Assembly (NCBI RefSeq): GCF_963921235.1
Contig: NC_086097.1
Span: forward strand, 69,070,001-69,134,000
Direction of reading: 5' to 3'
DNA length: 64,000 nt
Source: Mobula hypostoma
Lineage: Eukaryota
Shown: piece after piece, positions 24,009-35,350 of the stretch
How positions within the stretch are numbered: the first letter of the stretch is position 1
How the letters are laid out: each line of letters begins with the position of its first letter
Notes under the pieces: model-generated
Seen by the model: the letters and a program-made list of their open reading frames with translations, nothing else
The model's database searches: none
What the model was told of the DNA's origin: nothing
Made by a program: the position numbers and the translations under genes

Positions 24009-27000
24009 GCAAAGAGAATAAATGTATAAAAATAAAGCAAAAGATCACCTTGGTTCAAAGCATGTTTCTTTGAAAGAACATCTAGAACTATCAAAACTGC
24101 ATTTATTCATACATAAGCACAAGAAAAAACATTTGATCAAATGCATGCATGAATACAGTGTTATATTAAATAAAAAAGAGTTCTTCCACTTTAATAGGTC
24201 TGCCTTGGAGGATTCTATTAGCCACAGACCACTGACCATCTATCAGTTACAGCAGTTTGCTACAAGATATCGGTGCTTGATCAGTTCATGCCTTGATAAA
24301 TGAACTCCAACAGAAAGTTGGTATTACTTCAACTGACTGATTACCAGCTGTGCCCACTCTCAAAACCCAACTCTAAAATGTCATTCACGTATCTTTGTTA
24401 TAAGTCCATGTTGCAATTGGAATCTGAAATTACTCTGGTGCACATTTAAAAATTGTATCAGTTAATAAATAAATGGCCACACTGTGTTAACTTGGGGACG
24501 GGGGGGCAAAACTGGAACAACTGAAGAGGGAAAAAGTCTGAGGACATTAAAGTGAGCCTGGATGGATTGTTAAAACAAATCAAGTTCGATCAACCCAAAC
24601 AAGATTTTGAAGAAATATAGATAAGAACATTTCCATAGTCATAGCTCAGATTGACTTCTAGAAGCACCCAATGGCACTCCACATAAGAGATTATTAGTTA
24701 AAATTAGCTCTTGGATTAAGATTAAAATTTATTGATCCAGCAAGGTGATAAATTAGGCAACCAAAATCACAAGATAATGTTAATGGGTATTTATTCAAAA
24801 TGATAGAAAATAATTAATGGGAGGCTCACATGGATGCTGGGAACAGAACTGTTATTTATTTATTAATAATGTAGATAATGCAATAGAACAAATGCATCCA
24901 ATTTTATTAATGCCACAAGGATAGATGCCACTTTAAGTACAGTGGACAGAAACATAAGATTACAAAGGGACATTGACAGATTAAACAAGGTGATCAAAAT
25001 GGGTGCAGATGGATTTCAATGGAGATACTGTATGTGTCAGAATAACTGCATGCACTCAACTGGTGCAATGCCTGGAACAAAGAGATATAAAAACTACATT
25101 AAAAAGCTGCAGGAGGTGGAAATATAAACAGAAATGAGTTCTGGAAAAGGGTCTTCAATTGAAACATTAATTCTGTTTCTCTTTCCACAGATGCTACCTG
25201 TATTTTTCAGTATTTTCTGATTTTATTCCAAAGTGATTTATATGCCTGTATATAATGTATACATCACTAAAACATAGTAGTCGGGAACAAACAGAAAAAT
25301 TTGAAAGGGTTAGTGAGATTATTGTCTTTAGAATGTGACTTTCGCTAGAGCTATATGAAGTCATGATTAAACCAGATCTGGAGTATTCCTGTTGGTTCTG
25401 GCCACCAGGTCCATAGACTGCCGATTCACCAGAATGTTTCTGGTGTTCTCAGGACCAAGAAATTAGATGGTAAAAATGAATGAACTGTTTTGTCCTGGAT
25501 GCTCAATGGTTTTTGGAGACACGTTTATCTATGCAAGTGGGAAATATTCCTTCACATTCTTGACTCGTGCCTTTTAAACATGACAGGAACTGTGGGGCAC
25601 AACAAGGCGAGTCAATCAATACAGAAGTTCCAACTTCTGACCTGCTCCATGACCCATGCTACTTAGCTAGTTGATCCAATGATCTGGAATAGGGCAGACA
25701 CTGAAGTGGACCAACCATGTAAATAAAAAGTTTATTCCAACTGAGGATGTTGATAGTGGGGGAATCAATGGTGGTAAATCATTGACTGTGAAAGGCAGAT
25801 AGGGTGAACATTCTCTTGCTGGGGAGATTTATTGCTTGGCTCTTTAGTGGCATAAATATTCTTGCCACTTCTAACTCCATGTCTGATTTGTTGTCAAGGT
25901 TATGCTACATGCAGGCATGTTTGCAGGAATGAATAATGTGCATCATCTATGAATGTCCCGGCCTCAGAACTTGTAATGAAATGAAGGTCATTGATAAAGC
26001 AGCCAGAGATGAGTGGACCTAGGTTACTATGTAGTGATACCCTGGGGTTTCAATTATTTGACTCCAATTTTCCTTAGAACAAGGTATAGTGTTAATCACT
26101 GCAGTGTCTGCCACCCACTAGAGCTTGCATTACCTCTGAGCTTCTAGGATGTTAGAAAGATTCAACTAAGTTTGAAAGATATCCAAATAAGTACATGGAT
26201 AGAAAAAATTTAGAGGGATATGGGCCGAATGCGAAGAAATGGAACTAGTTTGGTTATTATGATTGGCATGGACATAGTGGGTTGAAATACATACCTATTT
26301 CAATGCTGTCTCTGACACCTTGACTCTGGTTGGAAGCAATTGTTATCAACTGCCCAGAGTTTAAGCAGATACCTGTAGCTGAAACAGGACAATTACAGCC
26401 TGGTATCACATTTGATACAAGGTAATCTTCTTCCCACTCCATAACCAAGACTAGCTCAACAACATTAACTAACTCCAGACATGCCCCATTCATCTGTTGC
26501 CAGTACCCACAAACAAGCCTACATATTTGTTCTCGTACACTAAGATTCCATTTCCCATTAAGTAAACTGAAGCTCAAAAATAATCTGCTGGCTGAACGCC
26601 ATTCGCTACACTCTCCAGTGTTTACCATCTCCATTGGCTCCTGGTCAGGGGCTGAGACACTGCCTATGTACTGTATTTTCAAATTCTCCTATGACCTCTT
26701 TCCTTGCATGAGCTGTGTAATTTCCTTCAGATCTACATTTCTTTGAGATTTTTTCACCCCTTCAAATATGGTCTCTTTCTCACCCCAACTTTCAACCTTT
26801 CCTCCAAAGACAGGTAAAACTTAATCTGTGACTGCCTTAAATTCTGGAATTCTCTCAACAATCTCTCTATTCCTCTACCTTTCTCTCCATAGGATAGTTC
26901 CATAGCTCACAAGGCACTCCATAAAGCCCATCTAACAAATTGGTAACACATACAAAATGCAGGAGGAACTCAGCAGGTCAAGAAGCATCAATGGAAATGA

Positions 27001-27579
27001 ATATACAGTCAATGTTTTGGGCTGAGGCACTTGGGTAAACAAGGTTTCAAAACCAAGCTTTTGGTCATCCTGTCCTGATATCTCCTGCAGTATTTAGAGT
27101 CAAAACATTGTTATGAGATGTTTTGCTCATCTGTACTGGCCTAGCCCGCAAGAGGAAAAGGGATAAAATAAAGATGCTTAGCTGTAGTAATGTAAACAAA
27201 ACCTACCTTGTCTAGTTTTGAAGACGGTGGCTCTACACAGCCAGCAGCAGATCATAGCCTAAAGCTGGGACACTCATCTAAATACTTTCATAAGCTTGTA
27301 TGATTTAGATTTCTTTTCTGTTCTAGTTTTACTACTTCATTGGCTAGTTCTTTGTGAGCTCCTGAAACCTACATGTTAACACAAGAGAATGTCAGCTGGT
27401 GGGAGCAGAGGAGTGCGTCTCCAGGACTGGCTGTGGTGGAGGGAGGGGGGGAGTTGAAGAAATTCCTCACACCAAATTCATATATTTCTCTGCTTTTGCA
27501 ATGTACAGTATGTTCTCATAATAGGACATACAGAGCTTTGGTTGCCACAAGGGCAGGAATGGCTGCTGGAGGTTTTAAA

Positions 27580-29850
27580 AGTTTCAAAATGGATGGGGTG
27601 GTGGGGGTGTGCCATTACTAATCAGGGATTGCATCACAGCTGCAGAAAGGGAGGACGTCACAACAGCAACAGTGACACTGAGGTGCAGAATGGAAGACAG
27701 ATTTTGGAAAGATAAAAATAATAACAGGGTTGTTGTCATGGGTGACTTCAACTTCCCTAATATTGATTGGCACCTCCTTAGTACAAAGTGATGGAGCATA
27801 ATTTGTTAGTTGAATTCAGCAAGGATTCCTGACACAATATGTGGACAGGTCAACTAGAGTAGAGGCCATACTGGATCTACTACTAGGCAATGAACCAGGT
27901 CAGGTGACAGATCTCTCGGTGGGTGAGCGCTTCACAGCAGTGGCCACAACTCCCTTACCTTTACCATACCCTTGGATAGGGATTGGAGCAGACAGGATGG
28001 GAAAATATTTAACTTAGTAGTATTGACCATTCATCTACAGAACTAGGTTAGGAAACTCACTACACAACCCTTAGTTAATCAAGGCTCTGCAATAGCCTCT
28101 GCACCAACAACAACATAACTATGTTGACCCCAGGGCAACAACTTTGGACATGAGTTCTACTGTTCCCTTTCTACCAATACTCACTCAGACCACTTTTGCA
28201 ATTTATAACACTGAAATAGGGGATCTCCCACTGGCCTGATGATCAATCCTTTCTTCTCTCAGCCCCTGGCATGGCTTTTCTTCCACGCAATGTGTTAGTC
28301 TCCAGGGTTGTCACACCTTTTGTATTTGAAGCTCCTTTTTTTAAACACTTATCAGTTCAAATGATGCACTTCATTCCTGTTGGATCAAGGTCATTTGACT
28401 GACCTATATCACCTTCTTATTGATTCTGGAACCATTATTGAAGCCAGCATCCATTTATTGCCCTCTTCTTCAAGTGACAACTGGCAATTTATGGCTGTTG
28501 GTTCTAAATCAGTTACCAAACCGGTAACTAGCTCAAAGAACTCATGGCAGACACAGACCCCATTATTCACAAACCTTCAGGTTATATCATACCAAAGGAC
28601 ACCTCACAAATAACTTCTTATTTGAAAATGATTTCTAGTCTAGCAGATTACCTGAAGCATCATTGTGTCTACTTTAAAACACTGATTCAGCCAAGCAAAA
28701 CCAGTTCATAAAATGGAGGATGCACAGCAGCTTCACAAAATGGCAGCTTCCATTCCTTTGACTTCATGGCAAGAACAAGGACAATCGGTTTGTCTACTCA
28801 GGGAAATGTACAACAGAAATGTAGAAGTTGTTTAGGGAGCACTTGAATAGGATTCTGGATAGATTAAATCTACTGAAGCAGGGAAAGGATGGAAGAAAGA
28901 GGAAGAAGGAAGCATACTTAAAGTTTAAGAAGCAAGAATCAGACAGAGCTCTTGAGAGTTATAAAGAAATCAGGAAGGAGCATAAGAAGGGACTTAGGAG
29001 AGATAGAAGGGGACATCAGAAGGCCTTGGCGAATAAAATTATTTAAAACCAAGGTGTCCTACACATAATTAAAGAACAGGAGGATAAATAGAGTGAGGGC
29101 TGGACTGATAAAAGATAAAATAGGAAACAGGCCAAGTCAGATGAGATAAAGGGAATGCTTAATGAATACGCTACTTCAGTATTCACTAGGGAGAAAACCT
29201 TGATGAATGTGAGGTTGTTATGCTGGAACATGTCATATTTAAGAGGAAATCCTGGAACATTTGAAAAGGATTAGGATAGATAAATCCCCAGGACCAGGTT
29301 ACTGAAAGGAAGAGACTGCTGCACCTTTGGCAATAACCTTTGCATCTTCACTGGGCACAGGAGTAGTACCAGAAGATTGGAAGGTGGCAAATGTTATTCC
29401 TTTTTTCAAGAAAGGTAACAGGGATAATCCTGGGAATTATAGACCAGCAAGTCTTACATCTCTGGTGGGCAAATTATTGGAGAGGATATTTAGAGATAGG
29501 ATGTACAAACATTTGGAAAAATGTAGTCTGATTAGGGATAATCAGTGTAACTTTCTGAGAGGCTGGTTGTGCCTCACCCGGGTGACTGAATTCTTTGAGG
29601 ATGTGATGACAGAAATTGATGAAAGTAGAGCAGTGGATGTGGTGTATATGGATTTTGTTAAAGTGTTTGACAAGGTTCCCCATGGTAGGCTAATTCAAAA
29701 AGTTGGGAGGCATGGGATCCAGGGAAATTCGGCTATGTGGGTTCAGAATTGTCTTGCCCACAGAAGGCAGAAGGTGGTAGTAGATGGAGCATATTCTGCC
29801 TGGAGGACCGTGATTGGTGGAGTTCCACAGGGATCTGTTCTAGGAACAAT
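27580..29850 (+). mobile_element. Decayed CR1 ORF2 fragments (EN ~27580-28010; linker and RT ~28790-29850)
   Basis: VVVMGDFNFPNIDW; VPEDWKVANVIPFFKKGNRDNPGNYRP..DVVYMDFVKVFDKVPH..GVPQGSVLG. Confidence 0.85.
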
Positions 29851-30639
29851 GCTCTTATGCCTTTCCTGCCCTTCTATCTTATAACTAACCAATCTCAGTC
29901 CAACATGTTGCATCCAGGAAGCAGACCACTAACTCCCCATAACCTGAATAATACGCTGGCTAAATACAGTATCTAATAATATGTGGCTTTCAGAAAATTA
30001 TACTCATTTGTAGAAATCTTGCCTTAATTTGAGAAAATTGGGCTGTCTAGCAAGTTAATCTGACAGAAAACGTAATAAATTAGGATTTCTAATTTTATCT
30101 CCTCATACATTATCTCACCTAAAATCTCAAACAGAGCTATGGTCCTTGCCTTCCCAACTTCTCCAACTTTCTCCATAATTTGTCCCATCTTTCACTGAGT
30201 ACTCTTTCACTAATTAAACATTTTATATTAGCTACTAATTTATTCATCATTTCTCTTCACCTCTCTTATTTCCTTTATCAGTTTCTCTTATACTATCTCA
30301 TTCCTTACTTTTAAGAGCCTGACATTTGTAAAGCTAGTTTCCACTTTCACTTTAATGTCTATACCCTTATATCCATGGAGCTCTAGCTTTAGAAGCCCTC
30401 TTGTTGTGGGAATGTGTCTGGTCAGCACCTTAAACATTGATTTAAAAACCTTCCAATGCTTAATTATTGTATTACTGTTCTTTAGTTTCAATTCACATGA
30501 GCTTCAACTTACTGAAATTAGCTCTCCGCCAATGAGGTATTTATACGCCTTAATGATCATTTCCATTTCTCACTGTTCCTCCTCCCTGATATAGAAGTGA
30601 TATATGCCACCTCAGTCAAAATAAAACAATCAATAATTA

Positions 30640-31122
30640 CTGTCTGGGTAGCCTCCAACCTGATGGCATGAATATTGTTTTCTTGAATTTCCAGTAATGC
30701 CCTCCCATTCCCCATTCCCCATTCCCCATTCCCTATTGCCTCTCTCACCTTATCTCCTTACAGCCTGTTGCCTCTCTCTAGTGCTCCCCCCCCCACTTTC
30801 TTTCTTCCATGGCCTTCTGTCCTCTCTTATCAGATTCCCTCTTCTACAGCCCTGTATCTCTTTCACCAATCAACTTCCCAGCTTGTTACTTAACCCCTCC
30901 CCTCCCAGTTTCACCTATCACCTTGTTTTTCTTCCCCCCCCCTCCCCCCACCCCCCAACATTCTAACTGATGCCTCATCTTTTCTCTCCAGTCCTGATGA
31001 AGGGCCTTGGCCCGGAACGTCGACTGTACTCTTTTCCATAGAGGCTGCCTGGTCTGCTTGAGTTCCTCCAGCATTTTGTGTGTTGCTTAGATTTCCAGCA
31101 TCTACAGATGTTCTCTTGTTTG
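30640..31122 (+). mobile_element. Penelope-like element 3' end: EN C-terminus plus pLTR with hammerhead
   Basis: LGSLQPDGMNI (PLE GIY-YIG C-terminal motif), pyrimidine tract, then CAGTC CTGATGA AGGGCCTTGGCCC GGAAC GTC GACTG (30989-31026; GAAA core mutated to GGAA). Confidence 0.8.
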
Positions 31123-31338
31123 TGAATCAATAATTCTTTAGTTTTTGGTTGAAGGATATCCTGATCTTGGAAACGATTTTTGACTCTAGCAAGTATTCAC
31201 TTTGCCAATATATGTATTATTTCCAATTCAGTCCAACTTGGAAGAGTTTAACACAGGAAATGTTGCTCTCTATTAATAGTGTAGTTATCTTCCAATTGTC
31301 TACTGCTTTTATCACCCACTCTCTGATGACCTTTAATA

Positions 31339-31745
31339 CAGTGCTGGGCAAAAGTCTTCGGCACCTTAAATTTTTTATCTGGTTTCAGCCTCCACAGAGC
31401 CCTGATCTCAACATCATCAAAGCTGTCAGAGATTACCTGGAGAGACAGAAGCAAGCGAGACAGTTAAAGTCTGCAGAAGAACTGTGCCAGGTTCCCCAAG
31501 ATGCTTGGAGCAACCTACCAGCCGATTTTCTTATAAAACTGCATGACAGTGTACCTCAGAGAATTGATGAGGTTTTAAAGGCAAAGTGCAGTCACACCAA
31601 ATACTGATTTAATTTATTTGTTTCCGTTTACTCCTCTTTGTTGTAATTTTTTTGATATTTAGAAAAGTTTCACGTCGTTATGTTTGAAATCATCTTTGCT
31701 TTACAAAATTGTTTTACATATGCCTAAAACTTTTGCATAGAACTG
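31339..31745 (+). mobile_element. Tc1 internal-deletion derivative
   Basis: TA-flanked imperfect TIRs CAGTGCTGGGCAAAAGTCTTCGGCA and TGCCTAAAACTTTTGCATAGAACTG; transposase C-terminus PPQSPDLNII..KAKCSHTKY*. Confidence 0.85.
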
Positions 31746-31794
31746 TATCGTGTATACCAGCAGTTATACCATGCTTCTGCACATTTGTATACTC

Positions 31795-32880
31795 TATAAG
31801 AACATAAGAATTAGGAGCAGGAGTAGGCCATCTGGCCCGTTGAGCCTGCTCCGCCATCCAATAAGATCACAGCTGATCTGGCCATGGACTCATCTCCACC
31901 TACCTGACTTTTCCCCATAACCCTTAATTTCCCTACTATGCAAAAATCTATCCAACCTTGTCTTAAATATATCTACTGAGGTAGCCTCCACTGCTTCATT
32001 GGGCAGAGAATTCCACAGATTCACCACTCTCTGGGAAAAGCAGTTCCTCCTCATCTCCATCCTAAATCTACTCCCCCAAATCTTGACGCTACTTCTTTTA
32101 GTTCCAGTGGAAACAACTTTTTTGCCTCTATCTTATCTATCCCTTTCATAATTTTATATATTTGTATAAAATACCCTCTCTTTCTTCTGAATTCCAGTGA
32201 GTACAGTCACAGGCGACACAATTTCTCCTCATAGTCTAAGCCCCTCAACTCTGGAATCAACCTGGTGAACCTCCTCAGCACCACCTCCAAAGCCAGTATA
32301 TCTTTCCTCAAGTAAGGAGACCAGAACTGCACACAGTACTCCAGGTGCAGCCTCACCAGTACCCTGTACAGCTGCAGCATAAGCTCCCGGCTCTTAAATT
32401 CAATTCCTCTAGCAATGAAGGCCAACATTCCATTTGCCTTCTTGATAACCTGCTGTACCTGATAAACAACTTTTTGTGATTCATGCACGAGCACTCCCAA
32501 GTCCCTCCGCACAGCAGCATGCTGCAATTTCTTTACAATTCAAATAATAATCTGCTTTTTCAATTTCTTTCCAAAATGCATGACCTCACATTTACCAACA
32601 TTGTACTCCATTTGCAGACACTTGCCCATTCACTTAACCTATCTACATCTCTCTGCAGACTCTCCGTATCTTCTGCACTATTTGCTTTTCCACTCAATTT
32701 AGTGTCATCAGCAAACTTAGATGCACTACACTTGATCCCCTCTTCCAGATCATTAACGTATATTGTGAACAGTTACAGGCCTAGCACCAACCCCCTGTGG
32801 CACACCGCTAACCACTGATTGCCAACCAGAGTAAAACCCATGTATGCCAATTCTCTACTTTCTATTAGTTAACCTCTATC
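31795..32880 (-). mobile_element. CR1 3' fragment
   Basis: ORF 32207-32527 (KKANGMLAFI..HLEYCVQFWSP); (ATAAGAAC)n tail. Confidence 0.9.
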
Positions 32881-35174
32881 ACAATCCTTGGAGATCTTCA
32901 CATCCAGGATTTTTCTTCCCTACTCCCTGCTTTCTAATAATTTCTCTGAGAAATATTGGGTCATCAGTCATATACAAACATAACCTAGTCTTCCCTACCA
33001 TTACTGCATATTATTTCTTAATGGTTATTAATGCTTTCAGTATTCTGTCCGTATTCTGACTGCTTTCTACTTCTTAACCTTACCTAAAAATGCATCTGGA
33101 AACAGGTGGGGCCTTGTGGTCATCAGCAAGGTAATAATACTTGAAGAAATCTCCCAACGAAAGTCAAGCAAGTCCCCATCGAGAAGATGGGGACTTCTCT
33201 TTTACCACTGTTCAGTCAGATCTCTGGAGAACTACATTCTCACCTAAATCGTTGAAACAGATGACAAACAACAGAGGACCCACCAACAATCCCTGTGGAA
33301 CATGACTGGTCACAGGCCTCCGCTACCACCCTCTGACTCCAGCCATAAAGCCAATTTTTTATCCAAATGGCTAGCACACCCTGGATCCCATGTAATCTAG
33401 TCTTCTAGATGTTCCTATGAAGTGGAAGTTTGTCAAAGGTCATGTTAAAATCCATGTAGATAACATCTGGCTCTTTGTTACCTGTTCTAAATAAAAATCA
33501 AATTTATAAGACATGCTGAGTATGCTGTGAGTATAGGGAGTTGGGAAAGAGGTTGAAGAGCAGGAACTCCAAGGTAGCAATCTTTGGATTACTCCCAATA
33601 CCACATGCTACTCAGTGCAGGAAAGATGAATGAGTGGTTGAGGAACTAGTGCAGGGGACATGTTTCAGGTTCTTGGATAATGGAGCCCCTTCTGGGGCAG
33701 AGGTGACCTGTACAAGAGGGACAGGTTGCACCTTAACTGGAAGGGAACCAACATCATGACTGTGAGATTCACTGGGTACTGCTCGGGAGGGATTAAACTA
33801 GTTTGGCAGGGGGATGGGATCCAAAGCACCAGATCAGAAAGTGGAGGGATAAAGAGCTCAGGGTCAGTAAAAGCAGGCAAGAGCAAGGTAATAGATATGA
33901 TAGGATAGATAGTTTGGTGTGTGTATTTTAATGCTCTGAGCATTATAGGTAAAGGTGATGAACTTAGAGCATGGATCAGTACATGGAACTATGATGTCAT
34001 GGTCATTGCAGAGACTTAGCTAAAAGAAGGATAGGAATGGGTGTTTAAAGACCCAGAGTTTTGATGTTTTAGTAAAGATGGAGAGGGAGGTGAGAGGGTT
34101 GTGGCAGGGCAGGGCAGATGCACTACTAATCAGGGATGATATCATAGCTGCACTCAGAGGGAACATATGGAAAGTTCATCCACTGAATCTATATGGGTAG
34201 AACTCAAAAAAATAGGAAGGGTGCAATCACTCTGATGGGTTGTACTGCAGATCCCTCTATAGCTACCGAGGCTTTAAGGAACAGATATGCAGCCAGATGA
34301 AGGAAAGGTGTAAAAACAATAGAGTTGTTGTCCACTTCCCTAACGTAACTGGGACGTAAGTGCAAGAGGTTTAGATGGGGCAGAATTTGTTAGGTACATC
34401 CAGGAGGGTCTGTTAAATCAATGCAGTATGTATATAGTCTAGCAAGAGTCAGGGATGTACTGGGCCTGGTTTTGGGTAAAGATACTGGCCAGATAACTGA
34501 CTTTTCAGTGGAAGAGCAATAAGGGAACAGTAACCACAACTTCTGAAGTTTTAAGATAGCTATGGATAAGGATAAGTATGGACCTTGCAGGAGAGTATTA
34601 AATTGGATCAGGGCAAACTATGAGAACATTAGGCAGGAACTAGGGAGAGTTAATTGGGAACAATTTGCTTGGGACAAGTCCATATCTGACATGTGGAGGG
34701 TACTTGAAGACCAACTGTACAGAATACAAGACAGGTATGTTCCAGTCAGAAGGAAGAACAAGGCTGGCAAGGCTCTTAATACCTTACACTAGTATTTACC
34801 CAGGAGAGGATGTGGAGAATAGGGAGCTCAGTGCTGAGCTTATTGATATATTGGCACATTTCAGGGTAAAGGAAGAGGTAGTACTGTGCCTCCTAAAGAG
34901 CATTAAGGTCATTAAGTCCCAGAACCTGGTGGGATATACCCCAGGTTATGGAGAGAGGCAGAAGATGGTATTGCTGGGACTTTGACCAATACCTTCATGA
35001 CCTCTCTAGCTTCAGGCAACGTCCTGGAAGACTGGTGAGTAACTAATGTTGTTCCATTGTTCAAGAAGGGATCCAGAAATAATCCTAGAAATTATAGACT
35101 GGTAAGTCTCATGTCAATGGTAGGGGGAGAGAATTCTTAAGGATGGGGTTTATTGCCATTTGGAAAACCATATC

Positions 35175-35350
35175 AGGAAGAGGCGCAGTCGACGTTTCAG
35201 GCCGAGACCCTTCGTCAGGACTGACGAAGGGTCTCGGCCTGAAACGTCGACTGCGCCTCTTCCTATAGATGCTGCCTGGCCTGCTGCGTTCACCAGCAAC
35301 TTTGATGTATGTTGCTTGAATTTCCAGCATCTGCAGAATTCCTGTTGTTT
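35175..35350. mobile_element. Young Penelope-derived insertion with an inverted 5' segment
   Basis: 44-bp perfect inverted repeat 35175-35218/35221-35264, then the pLTR tail; AGGAAGAG duplicated at 35175-35182 and 35351-35358; interrupts CR1 RT. Confidence 0.9.
35186..35223 (-). ncRNA. Minimal type I hammerhead ribozyme, core intact
   Basis: Minus strand CAGTC-CTGACGA-AGG(GTCTCGG)CCT-GAAAC-GTC^GACTG: stem I CAGTC/GACTG, CUGANGA and GAAA core, palindromic ACGU in place of stem III, GUC cleavage triplet. Confidence 0.8.
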
